DNA of 64,000 nt, taken from NCBI RefSeq assembly GCF_009914755.1, contig NC_060946.1; one strand, 5' to 3'. Source of the DNA: the human T2T-CHM13v2.0 reference genome, Homo sapiens. The position numbers and the translations under genes were made by a program. This document shows, piece by piece, positions 34,197 to 48,880 of the stretch (position 1 is the first letter of the stretch; each line of letters starts with the position of its first letter). A model generated the notes under the pieces. It was not told where the DNA came from and searched no databases. It saw nothing but the letters and a program-made list of their open reading frames with translations.

Positions 34197-34481
34197 TCAA
34201 ACAACAACAACAAAAAAGAATGGGGTTACTATTGCTTCGTGGGATTGTCATGGCTACTCAACTCACGGTTCAGTCCAACTATAAAACAGGCCTGGCCGGT
34301 CGCGGTGGCTCACGCCTGTAATCCCAGCACTTTAGGAGGCCAAGATGGGTGGGATCACAAGGTCAGGAGTTCGAGACCAGCCTGACTAACATGGAGAAAC
34401 CCCATCTCTACTAAAAATACAAAATAATAATAATAATAATAATTAGCTGGGCGTGGTGGCACGCACCTGTAGTCCCAGCTA

Positions 34482-34710
<229 letters not shown>

Positions 34711-36578
34711 TTATTTCTGAGGGCAGGGATCATCCATCTTTTCAAAAGTCATCATGCACTGTTTTAGGCCCAAGGGTTTGAAGAGCCAAAGAGATGAACA
34801 GGAAATAGCAGAGTGATGCCAACCTCAGTGTCTAGGTTCAAACCCACAGACCTTGGTTCAAATCCCAGCCCCAGCAACTCCCAGCTGTGTGGCCTTAGGC
34901 CAGTCATTTTCTACTTCTGAGTCTCAGTTTCCTTGCTTTTAAAATGCATGTTATCATAGCCTGTAGCATAGGACAGTTGTAGGGATTATGTAAAAGGCAG
35001 GTAATATACCCAGTACGTAGTTGGTGCTTAAAAATGGATGCTGTGATTATCTACTGTTATTATCTACTGTTATTCACCACCACTAGGAGGAAGAGGAGCC
35101 CAGAACGTAAGTGCATCCTTCTGTGAAAGACTCCAGTAGGAGATTATAGATGAAGAAAGAACTGGTTAATTCTTCCAGAGAAAAGCAGAGCAGATCAGGG
35201 AAGGCTTCATGGAAGAAGTGACACTAGAGAGGGACCTTGGAGGTTAAGGAGGAGTGCACAAAGCTGAGAAGGGAAGGAGGGTTGAGGGAAGGCACTGAGG
35301 CAGAGAAGGCATAGGCAAAAGCTGGGAGGTGGGAATGTGCAAGACAATATCTGTGTGGCCAGGGTGCAGGAAGGCAAGTGCAAGGTGCCAGGCAGGGATG
35401 TAAGCACAGGGGACCCTTTGGGGCATGGCAAGACAAATGCCCTTAGTGCAATTACCAGCCAGTGGTAAAAGTACAACAATGATTACTTATTACTGTTACG
35501 GTCTTGAGGGCCTTGGGAAGGTTGTTAGTCAATGGCTCCCCACTGCTAGAGGGGTCAAGACTGAACTTGCCACCACCTATGAGACCCTACAAGACCCTGG
35601 TCTCCACCACCACCTCCCCTCCCATCTTGCCTCCCTCTTTCCTCCACTCCCTCTGCTGCAGCTTTGTTGGCCACCTTTAATTTTCTTGGTCCCACCAGTC
35701 CATCGTTGCTCTAGGAGTTTTGCACACACTGTTCCCTGGAAGGCTTTACCATCTGCTCTTCACGTGGCTGAGTTGGTTTCCAAACTTTGGGAGCTGGCTT
35801 CCCTGATGACCCCCTGACCACTCCCACCTCTAACAATATCTGAGCCCCCAGTTCCTGCTTCTGCTTTCCTAGTTAGATTGCATGGCCTTTGTGTAACACC
35901 TACCACAGTTTGCAATTGTAGATGGATTTTTATGATTAGCTTTTTGATAGCTGCCTCCCTGGGTAGCTTAAGTCCCATGAAGACAGGGACCTAGTCTGTT
36001 TGATGCACAGTTTTGCACTCAGAGCCTAGAACCAGAGCCTGGCAGAAACAGGCCAACTGGTTGGGCGCACTGGCTCATGCCTGTAATCCCAGCACTTTGG
36101 GAGGCCCAGGCGGGTAGATCACTTGAGATCAGGAGTTTGAGACCATCCTGGCCAACATGATGAAACCCTGTCTCTATAAAAAATACAAAAATTATCTGGG
36201 CGTGGCGGTGCACACCTATAATCCCAGCTACTTGGGAGGCTGAGGCAGGAGAATTGCTTGCCCCAGGGAGGTGAAGGTTGCAGTGAGCCAGAACGTGCCA
36301 CTACACTCCAGCCTGGGCAACAGAGTTAGATGTGTCTCAAAAAAAAAAAAAAAAAAAAAAGGAAAATAGAAACAGGCCAACCAAAATGTCTGGGTTCAAG
36401 TAGAAGATGGTCAGGTTTATTTTTTTTTTTTATTTTGAAAAGATCCCTCTAACTTCCCACGACAGGGGGCTGGAAAGGAGTCAGGGAACCCAGCAGGGAG
36501 AGAGCTGAAGATGACCAGGTCAGAGATGATGGTGGCCTGGACCAGGACTGTGGCAGGGCAGAGAGAGGAAGGGTTAGA

Positions 36579-36797
36579 CCAAGCTTATTTAACCTGCGGC
36601 CTGCAGGCCACATGTGGCTCAGGATGGCTTTGAATGTGGCCCAACACAAATTTGTGAACTTTCTTAAAACATTATGAGATTTTTTTTGCAATTGTTTTAA
36701 AGCTCATCCGCTATCGTTAGTGATAGTGTATTTTATGTGTAGCCCAAGACAATTCTTCCAGCGTGGGCCAGGGAAGCCAAAATATTGGGCACCCCTG
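36579..36797. mobile_element. MER30-like hAT DNA transposon
   Basis: GGATGGCTTTGAATGTGGCCCAACACAAATTTGT...GGGAAGCCAAAATATTGGGCACCCCTG. Confidence 0.7.
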
Positions 36798-37652
36798 AAT
36801 TAGATGGTTGGATCTCAGCCCTGGCTGCACAGACGGACTACTTAGAGGGCATAGAAAAGATAGCAGTGCCGGAGTTCCAGCCCTAGAGATTCAGAATTAA
36901 TTGGTCTGGGGTGGGGTCTAGGCTTTGAGATTTCTAAACATTTCTAATAACATATTTTATTTAAACAAATATACCTAAAATATTATAATTTCAATATGTA
37001 ACCAATATAATGATATCAATGCATTGTTGACATTCTTTAAAATTTTTTTTACTATGTATTCAAAACCTAATATGTATTTTACACTTATGACACATCTCCA
37101 TTTAGCCAAAATTCAAGTGTCCAATGGCCACATATGGCTACTGCCTATTATGTTGAATAGCAAGCTTCTAGAAGCTACTGGAAATGCCCTGGTTGATCAC
37201 TCTTCCAAACAAACCCCTTAACATAGGTTGGCATATAAGAACCATTCAATGATTGAGAGAGACATCTGTGAATTCTTACAGAGAGTGCATCATGAAGGCA
37301 AATAATTCAGTCTTACATTCTGCGAAAAGTGTTGGGAATGATCTGTTTGAATAATCCATTAAGATAAATTTGGTGATGTCAAAACAGCTGGTGGTTGGCA
37401 CTTGATAGCCTCAAATGCACATTCATGAAAATTCTTATAAATGTTCCCATCATGGAAGACAAAAGTCGGTTACCATCAGCAACTAACATTGGTGAGTAAG
37501 ATGTAGCTGGTTCATGACTCATCATCAACTTAATTCTGGAAAAAACTGTGAATCACTTGGAGATATCGCCACCATTTTGACCTTGAATCTTCTGGAAGTT
37601 GACTTAGTTAAATATTATAAGAAACTAATTCAGTATATTGTCTTATTATTAA

Positions 37653-38102
<450 letters not shown>

Positions 38103-38557
38103 TAATCCTAGCACTTTAGGAGGCCCAGGCGGGAGGATCACTTGAGGCCAGGAGTTCAAGGCTGCAGTGAGCTATGATCACACTACTGTACACCAGGCTG
38201 GGGGACACAGCAAAACCCCATCTTTGGGGAAAAAAAAAAAAAAAAAAAGCTCCCAGTAAGGTCTAAATGTGCAGCCAGGGATATCAAGAGAATCAAGGAA
38301 GATGCTGAAGTTTTTAGCTCTAACTTGGAAGCTTTTGTGCTTATCATTTGCCCAGGGTTCCTAGCTGGGTATGTAGTGAGTGTGTTAAGGACACTGATGA
38401 ATTGATGAGCTCAAGAATCCACGGTCCTTTGACAACTCGGAGGCTGCCACGCCTCCCTACCCACCATCATCTCCTTCTTGCCCTTGTCAGATCTCAGACT
38501 TACACCTGCCCTGCCCCGCCTGGCTGATTCTCCAGCCCCAGCCGGAGAGCCACTCAC

Positions 38558-38690
38558 CATTTTGATGGGCCGGAAGGACATGAGCCGATCACTGCGGTAG
38601 CTGCTCGACCATGTGTTCCAGCGAGGGTACTCGCCCTTCTCCAGGATGAACATCTCCCCGCGGAAGTTGGACTGCTCAAAGGCGACCCAG
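38558..38690 (-). CDS. CRYBB1: betaB1-crystallin exon 4: [44 protein letters not shown]
   Basis: 133 nt; tatccag acceptor, gtgagt donor; matches ORF 38411..38749. Confidence 0.97.
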
Positions 38691-40043
38691 CTGGATACAA
38701 GAAGGACCATGAGGCAGACAGGAGACATATGGTTAGTAGAAGCCCCCACTCCCTACTTGCCTTTCTCTCTCCCCTGGCAAGGCAGCCCTGAGGCCAGTAG
38801 GAAAGTCCAAAGGGGGCTGAACATGTCTGGGTTTGATTTTAGGCTCTGACACTTACAGGCTGTGTGACTATGGGCAAGTGACTTTACCTCTCTGAGCCTT
38901 TGTTTCTCATCTACACTCATATGCCTGTTTCCTTGGAGTTGGTGAAGGATTAAGTGAGATAAATGTGTGTGATTATCTGAGCACACTGTTTCTCTAGATG
39001 TAAGTTTCATACATGCTTCAAGTACTATCAGGACTTGGAGCCAAGGAACACATAGACATTTGAAACTTGACGCCAGCTAGGAGAAAGGCTCGTTTGATGT
39101 TAATGTGCCTTTAACACTTACTAATCTCTCCTTTTTTTCTTTTGTAACAAAGAGAGAAAAGACCACTAGCCCAGAACCTCCAGCAGACAATGGTGTAATA
39201 GCAACATAATAATACCACTTTTGTGTTTATTGTTAATTTTGTATGGATACCTTTTACTTATAGGAAATAATACTAGCCTTCCATTTGTAAAAAGTGGTGT
39301 CAGGGTTCTTTTAAAATGTGTTTATTTGTGGTTAGCAGGATCATTTTAAATGAAATATATTAAATGAACGACAGTCTTGGAGGTACAGGGGTAAGGGAAA
39401 AATTGATACAGGTGTTTGCATCCTTGCTGGGTAAATACTGGCCTGGTATTCGGGAGATACTCAGTAACTAGTATGAGGCAATGGGAAGGGAATGATGGTA
39501 ATATCTACCCTCAGATACCTATGGTAATATAATGTGATAGCGCTTATGAAGATGCTAGGTTCCTTACATGGACTAATTAGAAGTTTGAAATTAGATGGAA
39601 GATTTTCCTGGCTTTCCCAGTGAAGATTGATTAAGGACAAGAAGTGAGCTTGTGTTACAGGGACCAGGGATTGTGGCAGTGCAGGTGGGGTAGATAAGAC
39701 AATCCCCATTCCGTAGATGAGAAAGCTGAGACTAAGGAACTCCTTGACCTTTGCTCCCCGTGTGTTCAAGAGTTCTTAGGAAAAAAGAGACGGATGAGGG
39801 GACACTGACACTAGCATCTTCTCCCAGGGGGCTGCTGGGACCCTGCTCTCCCCAGAAGGAGACAAGGATGATGGGCTATCACCATGGGCTGAGACAGAAT
39901 GCATCACAGGAGCCTCAGGTCTTTGTCTGAGAGATGAGTTAACCACACTGGAGTAAATTAAAGATATGTTTGTCTTCCCAGAATAGAGTTGCATTTGCCT
40001 CAGCCCTGTCTGGTCTGGAGTAGAAGAGAAATAAATGGGAGAA

Positions 40044-40385
40044 TAGATGGATGGATGGACAGATGAATGGGTGGATGGATGGGTGGATGAAAGGATGGTT
40101 GAATAGATGGATAGGTGGATGGGTAGATGGACAGATGAATGGATGCATGGATAAAGGGATGGATGAAGGGATGGTTGAATTGATGGATAGCTAGATGGGT
40201 AGATGGATGGGTGGGTAGATGGATAGATTTATAGATGGATGGGTGGGTGATGGAGAACACATGGTGGGTACGTGTGTATAAATGGAGAATGGATGTATGT
40301 ATGGATAGATCAATAGACGAATGGGTAGATGCATGGGTAAGTAGATGGATGATGAATAAATGGGTGGATAGACGCATGGGTGAAT
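40044..40385. repeat. Degenerate (TGGA)n simple repeat in CRYBB1 intron 3
   Basis: Direct reading. Confidence 0.9.
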
Positions 40386-42123
40386 AAGAAGGGAGCCTTG
40401 GAAGGTGGTTTCATGTAGGAGTTAAGAGGACAGACCCTGGAAACAGACAGACCTGAATTCTAATCCAAGCTTTGCCATTTGCTGCATGCATTTGGGCAGC
40501 ACTTACACCTGCTAAGCTTTAGTAACAGAGAAGAAATGATACATCTACTTTGTTGCATCTACCTTGTTGGGAGATTATGAGGGCCTAAAAGAGGGAATGC
40601 ATGGAACAGATACAGCACAGAGTAAGCCTCCAAATTAATACTGTTCCTGATTAAAGGGAGAAGGAAACTGGAGGTCTAGGCTTCTGGAAAAACAGACACT
40701 GATGTGGTCTTGCCACCATGCCCAAGGTCCCCCTAAAATCTCCCCTATCTTCTTCAGCAGGACCAGTGAGGATCTAAATTTTAAATGTTTATATCTATGC
40801 CTTTTCTTATCTCCCATGGCTCATTTCAACCCGCAAGCAGGGAGAGAGGGTAGGGCAGGAATTTTAATTTATAAGATATGGAAACTGAGGCTAAGAGGGG
40901 TTAAGTCCCCAGCCTAAGGTCACATGATGGTGTTGGGTGTCAGGCTGCAGTCTCCTGGGTTTCAGGCAGGCAGGCCTCCTCACTTTCCCCATGCCTACCT
41001 CACCCTCTTCATTCTTTTTTTCCCATGGCCCTGCCAGCGCCCACACAGACCCAGGCCCCCGGACCACAGGCCCGTTTCCATGCCCATCAGGCACGGCTCC
41101 AAGGCACACGTCAGACACCAGCTGCATCTTTGTTTGAGGAGAAATACTCTGGGTTTGAGTCACTGGTACCAAAAAAAGCCTGAAAACCCATGCTGGCCAC
41201 ATCCGGTAGCTTCTGCTTCCAGCTGGGTTTTGGGGCTGAGGGTGGAGCTGAGGCTGCGTTGACCACACTGAGGGTGCAGGAGGTAGAAATGGTCCCGGGT
41301 AGCCTCCAGGATAAGTTGGCTAAATTCACCGGGCAGGGAGGTGGGTACGTGACCATCAGAGTCACCTGCCATGTTTGGGTGCCCACAAGGTAACAGGCCC
41401 ATGCTGTATGATCTCCCTCAGACCTCAGCATAATCCTGTGAGGAGTGGTGAGGGCCATCCTTCTCCCCATTTCAAAGATGGGGAAACTGAGGCTTGCACA
41501 CTGAACAAGGCAAACAGGGGAAGTCAGGACTCAAACCCAGGCTTGTCTGACCTCAAAGCTCATCTCGGAATGGGCTCAGAATACAGGATGACTGGAACCC
41601 TTGCAGGCTTTCAAAGTGGGGGAGACAAGAGCAAACGAGCTGCGTGGATCTTGTCCTGGGGCTGCCCCTCCACCCTGACCTCAGCACACACAGGCTGGAC
41701 ATAGGGCAACCACTCTGCCCAAGGATGACTATCCCTGTTTTATATGGGAGTCACTAAGGCCCAGAGACACCCACAGAGACAGGAACAGGCAGTGAAGCAT
41801 GGTGATTAAGAGCTTTAGGAATGAACTCAATCAACCTGAGTTGAATCCTGGCTGTGCCACTTACCAATAGGTGACCTTGGGTAAGAGACTCACCCCCTCT
41901 GAGCCTCAGTCTTTCCATCTGTCAAGTGGGCATAAGAATAGCCTCTGCCTCCTACAGCACTGTGAATCATCTAGATGTGGTCCCGAGTCAGTGCCTGGCA
42001 CCTGGTGGGTGTGCCACAGATGCTTATCATTACTCCCAGGCAGCTGGACGCCCAGGAGAGGGGACAGCGAGTGGACACTTCACTCTTTGACCTCTCTCAG
42101 CCCTCGGTAATGGGCTAGAGTTT

Positions 42124-42443
<320 letters not shown>

Positions 42444-42740
42444 GGGCTAGAGTTTTTGCTATAGTAGAAGCAGCATTTCTCCAGAGCCCAGAACCATGGC
42501 TTACTGCCAGTGTGATCTTATGCTAATTGGATCACCTCTCCGAGCCTCAGTTTCCTCATCCGTAAAATGAGATTGAGAACAATTCCTCCCTCTTCAGTTT
42601 GATATGAGGATTGGACATAATGTATGTGCCAGGAGTACGAACGGCCGCAGGCACAGAGCAGATGCTGGAGAAATGGCAGCTACTGTTGTGTGGTCATTTT
42701 ACTGTGGCAGAGAGTGTGCCCCTCCGCCGCCCAGTACTCA

Positions 42741-42905
<165 letters not shown>

Positions 42906-44061
42906 TCAAAAATTCATTAAGTATCTACATAAATAAAAGCCAGCAGTGCAGGAGTCACATAAAAGTGTGATGAGCCACAGTTTGTGAAATGATCCTGTCC
43001 TCCCATCCCCCAATTCTTTACTGATTTTTGTTTTTTGTTTGTTTGTTTGTTTTTCTGAGTCTCACTCTGTCGCCCCAGCTGAAGTTCAGTGGCGCAATCA
43101 TGGCTCACTGCAACCTCCGCCTCCCAGGCTCAAGCGATCCTCCCACCTCAGCCTCCGAGTAGTTGAGATTACAGGCACCCACCACCATGCCTGGCTATTT
43201 TTTGTAGAGACAGGATTTTGCCATGTTGCTCAGGCTGGTCTCGAATTCCTGAGCTCAAATGATTGGCCTGCCTTGGCTTCCCAAAGTGTTGGGATTACAG
43301 GCATGAGCCATTGCACCTGGCCTCATGCCCTAATTCTGAAGCTAAGATCTGCGCCATCATTAGGAACTTATGAACCTCCCTTTCAGGCCTTTCTTTGTGC
43401 TATTCCTCCTGCCTGGAATGCCTTCTCCACCACACATATCCAGCTTGGAGCTCCCACTGCCTAACTGAAGTTCCCTAATACGCATTCCAGCTCGTTATTC
43501 TGTTTTAGGCTCAGGTGCCACCTTCTCCAGGAAGCCTTCTCTGATTGCCCCTTCCTCCATCGGCCTTGGTTGAGCATCCCCCACTGTCCTCTCCCCATTA
43601 GCAGCACAACTAACCCACCACACAGTCACTGCTGTTTTGCTTTGGGGTCTCCCTCTCTCTCTGCACTCCCTCTCTCCCATTACCCAGCCCCTCCAAAGAC
43701 CAAGGACTCCTCCAGGGCAGGGCCTGAGGTTGATCAATTTCTGTATCTCCAGCCCCAGCCCCAGTACCTGCCACAGAGCTGATGCTCAGGAGACACTTGC
43801 AAATCCAACCCTCCACAACATAGGGGAAAACTTGAGCTAATCTTCTCTCCTCACTAAGCCTCATGTTTGGTTCCTTGTCCACTTGCTGTTCCAAGTTGGG
43901 ACAACGTTGCCATTCACATGGACCAAGGCACAATTTTCTGCCTTCTTTGAGCCTCAGTTTCCCCAGCTGTAAGAGGAGGGGAGGTTCATATAACCATGAC
44001 CCAGCACTTCCACTTCTACCTTTGGTTGCCCAAGAGAAACTCCTGTATGTGTGCCCCGGGA

Positions 44062-45130
44062 TGTTGCGGGAAGTCAGGGACCCCAAACGGAGGAACTGGC
44101 TGAAGCCATGGCAGAAGAACGTGGATTGTGAAGATTTCATGGACATTTATTAGTTCCCCAAATTAATACTTTTGTAATTTCTTATGCCTGTCTTTACTGC
44201 AATCTGTAAACATAAATTGTAAAGATTTCATGGACACTTATCACTTCCCCAATCAATACCCTTGTGCTTTCCTATGCCTGTCTTTACTTTAATCTCTTAA
44301 TCCTGTCAGCTGAGGAGGATGTATGTCGCCTCAGGACCGTGTGATAATTGCATTAACTGCACAAATTGTACAGCATGTGTGTTTGAGCAATATGAAATGT
44401 GGGCACCTTAAAAAAGAACAGGATAACAGCAATTGTTCAGGGAATAAGAGAGATAACCTTAAACTCTGACCGCCAGTGAGCCGGGCAGAACAGAGCCATA
44501 TTTCTCTTCTTTCAAAAGCAAATGGGAGAAATATCGCTGAATTCTTTTTCTCAGCATGGAACATCCCTGAGAAAGAGAATGCGCACCTGGGGTTAGGTCT
44601 CTAAACTGGCCCCCCTGGGCGTGGTCGTCTCTTATGGTCGACGCTGCAGAGATGAGATAGACTCCAGTCTCCCATAGCTCTCCCAGGCTTATTAGGAAGA
44701 GGAAATTCCTGCCTAATAAATTTTGGCCAGACCGGTTGATCTCAAAACCCTGTCTCCTGATAAGATGTTATCAATGACAATGGTGCCCAAAACTTCATTA
44801 GCAATTTTAATTTTGCCCCGGTCCTGTGATCCTGTGATCTCTCCCTGCCTCCACTTGCCCTGTGATATTCTATTACCTTGTAAAGTACTTGATGTCTGTG
44901 ACCCACACCTATTCTCACACTCCCTCCCCTTTTGAAACTCCCTAATAAAAACTTGCTGGTTTTTGCAGCTTGTGGGGCATCACGGAACCTACTGACATGT
45001 GATGTCTCCCCCGGACGCCCAGCTTTACAATTTTTCTCTTTTGTACTCTGTCCCTTTATTTCTCAAGCTGGCCGACGCTTAGGAAAAATAGAAAAGAATC
45101 TATGTGAATATCGGGGCAGGTTCCCCGATA
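44062..45130 (+). mobile_element. MER11 (HERV-K11/HML-8) solo LTR, ~1.07 kb, in CRYBB1 intron 2, antisense to CRYBB1
   Basis: Starts TGTTGCGGGAAGTCAGGGACCCC and ends TTCCCCGATA; 6-bp TSD CCGGGA/CCAGGA; AATAAA at 44944-44949. Confidence 0.88.
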
Positions 45131-46205
45131 CCAGGAGACAGGGATAAGAACGTCCAAGCCATGCTGTTCACGAGAGCAAAGCTAGCAACCACTGAAATCG
45201 TGCTTAGCAGGAAAGAGATGGTCACGCTCTGAAATATCAGGCAGCAGCCAGAATGAATGGCCGGCAGTCATGCGCAACAATATGGATGGATATTAGGGAT
45301 CTCATAGTAAGTGAAAAGTACAAAGAAAAGCCCAGAATAATCACATTGCATATTTCAATAAATTAAAAACAAGTAAATCGGCCAGTTGCGGTGGCTCACA
45401 CCTATAATTCCAGCACTTGGGGAGGCGGAGGCTAGGAGTTCGAGACCAGCCTGGATAATATGGCAAAACCCGTCTCATAATTCGGTCTCAAAATAAATGA
45501 ATAAATAAAACAAGTAAATAAATATACATGTGTATGTGTGTATACATTTTTAAAGGAATAATGCATAAAATTGTATACAAAAGCAAGCAAGCAGATTACA
45601 GACACAGGTTGAGGATAGGACAGTATTTCCTGGAGTTGGGGAGGAAAATGATGGACTCAAGGGAGACACCTTAGAGTTAGGTAGAAAGTTTTTAACCAAG
45701 TCCTGGCTTTTATATGGGTGGTGGGTTTGTAGGTGCATATTGCATTATTAGAAATTAAATAAAACTAATGATTAAATAGGTACATAAATAAAAACCTGCC
45801 ACGCACTGACCACATGAGAGCGTGTCATGAACTAGGGGTTGCAAAATGGCCTACTTCTGTGACCTGAGGTTGAAACCACACCAAACCAAATCCCAGGGGA
45901 CTGGACACCTTGCTCCACAGGATGCCTTTCAGCCCAGACCACCTCGAGCAATTTTGAGGGTCTGAGGCCATCCTGCTGCCCCAGTGAGCCTCCAAGGACA
46001 GCTGGTTCCCTGCTGCTAAGCCAGCCCACTTCCTTTTCTTCTTTTTTTTTCTTGCTTTCGATAAACTCTAAGCATGTGCGTGTGCAGGTGTAGCCTGATT
46101 GCCAGGTGTCCCTTCAGCTGTGAAGTGGTATGGTTTGGTTGTTGTTATTGCACAACTCAACTATAGGTCCCCTTTTTCTTTCTATTCTTTTCTTTTTTTT
46201 TTTGA

Positions 46206-47028
<823 letters not shown>

Positions 47029-48239
47029 TCAGGGATGACACCCCCAAACTGCCTCCTGCCCTCATAGCCCCACATCCTGTGCTTTCAGCCTCCTTGGAGC
47101 TCGTTTCCTCTCTATCTCCTTCTGAAACGGTTAAGCCTGGAAGTTTTTCTTTCATCCCTACTTCCCAGCCAAGACCTTCCCGTCTGGGGGCCACTCATCC
47201 CACATATATCCTTCCTCCAGGCTTTTGACCATGCGGTTCCCTCCACTAGCTGTTCCACCCTCCATTACCCCGCTAGGTCCTTCCTTAGCCCCCTGCAATT
47301 TTCCACACTGCTTATCACACTGATTTGCTTGTGCAACTCCAATTTGCCTCCCTAGACTAATAACAAGAAGTCCCATTTGGGAGTACTTAAGGTGTGCCAG
47401 GCACTGTGACATACATTAATTAACCCATCTGACCATGAACCTCACCCGATGGAGTAGCTGCTATCATGATCCCCTCTGAGCAGCAGGGGGCTGGAGAAGG
47501 AAGGGGCCCAGCTCAGGCCCAAACAGCTACTAAGTGGTAGGGCTCTGATTTCAACTCAAGGAAATGGAGCCAGCAACTGGGCTTTTAAAGTATTCTGCCG
47601 TTTGCTTAATCTGATTTATTCACCGTCCATCCCTAACACTTGCTCTGCACCTGGCACATAGGAGATGCCCAATTAACATTTGTTCAGAGAATGAATGAAT
47701 GCATGCTCCCAGCTCCTTTCCCCGTCTGCTTCCTCTGAGGGGTTGGTGTATGGGTGCAAATACAGGCCGGGGACTGAGGCTTATGGGAGGACCCAAGAGG
47801 ATGTATTTACTGCATGTGGAGGGTTCTGAAAATGAGGACTGGGGCTGGGTAGGCTTTGGGTGGAGAGGGCTTTGGTCAATTCCAGTGGTTCCTTGTTGCT
47901 TTGGGGTCGTGGACTCCTTTGAATGTTTGATGAATACCTCAACTTTGTCCCCGGACAAAAATAATGCTCTCTTTAACTTTGGAGACAATGTTAAGGGATT
48001 TGAGGACCCCCTGCTAGCACAGATTAAGACCCTCTGGTCAAGCTGATTCCCGAACACATTCTGTAAGGCGGAGCTAGTTGGGATAAGCACATCCCTCCCC
48101 CAGCCTCCTCCAGGAAGGCTGTGCATATTCTGGGGTGCCCCCTGTTCACCAGGGGTGAGGCCAGACATCTGGACCACATCTGTGGCTTTAAACACTCCCC
48201 CAGGGCTGGCAGCTGGACTCATGCCTTCCTGGAGATATT

Positions 48240-48615
48240 CTCATTCTCTCTCTCTCCCTGCTTCACCCTCTCCCTCTGTTCCTCCTCTCTTCCCTGTCTT
48301 TGCCTCTCTATCTGTTTCTTACTTCTCTCCCTCTTTCTGCCTATCTGCCTGTCTGTTTCTCTCCCTCTCTGTTCCTCTCTCCCCCACTATCTCTCCCTCA
48401 TTGTATCTTTGCTTATCTCTCTATCTGTCCTTTTTAATTATATTTACTTCTCTCTCTATTTCTGTCTTTTCTCACTCTCTCCCCTCTCCCTCTCCCTCCC
48501 TTTCTTCCTCTCTCCACTTCCGTCTTTATCTCCATGGCCCTGCTCTCTGACTCTCATGGCACTGCTATCTCTGCCTCCCTCTCTCTGTCTCCCTTTTCTC
48601 TTCCCCTCCCCTTCA
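48240..48615. repeat. CT-rich low-complexity tract just inside CRYBB1 intron 1
   Basis: Strongly pyrimidine-skewed plus strand. Confidence 0.85.
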
Positions 48616-48646
48616 GCTCTCAGCTGGGCTGTGGGTTCCCTCTTAC

Positions 48647-48700
48647 CTGGGGACTTGCTACTTCCTGCTGGAGGACAGGCAGGCGGGCAGGTGCTATGGG
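48647..48700 (-). other. CRYBB1: CRYBB1 non-coding exon 1 (TSS approximate)
   Basis: Donor CCCCAG|gtaaga (GT = plus 48645-48646); TATA box 25-30 nt upstream of the inferred start. Confidence 0.85.
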
Positions 48701-48721
48701 TGACTAGAGTCCGACCCCCCA

Positions 48722-48880
48722 TTTTATAGTCTGGCAGACATCAGGCCCTATAGTCTGTGGCACAAAGGGGAAGCTGGCTCAGCAGGCCTGGGCAGGGAGT
48801 GGGGGACTGGGGCCCTGACCTCGCCTGGATCACTGCAGACAGCAGCACTTTCCTTTGTGAGACCAGCACACACAGCAGAA
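48722..48880 (-). promoter_or_regulatory. CRYBB1: CRYBB1 proximal promoter: TATAAAA (48722-48728), Sox-type CTTTGT (48762-48767), MARE-like TGCTGAGCCAGCT (48772-48784), further TGCTG half-sites to ~48880
   Basis: Motifs read directly; the MARE-like site matches TGCTGA(G/C)TCAGCA at 11/13. Maf and Sox regulation of crystallin genes is established. Confidence 0.75.

Noticed and set aside
40044-40385. (CCAU)n YCAY cluster in CRYBB1 pre-mRNA as a NOVA target
   Set aside because: Common simple repeat more than 1.3 kb from any exon, with no supporting evidence.
47478-47494. CTCF-like motifs (also ~27767 and ~59865)
   Set aside because: Only partial consensus matches; cannot be supported without ChIP data.
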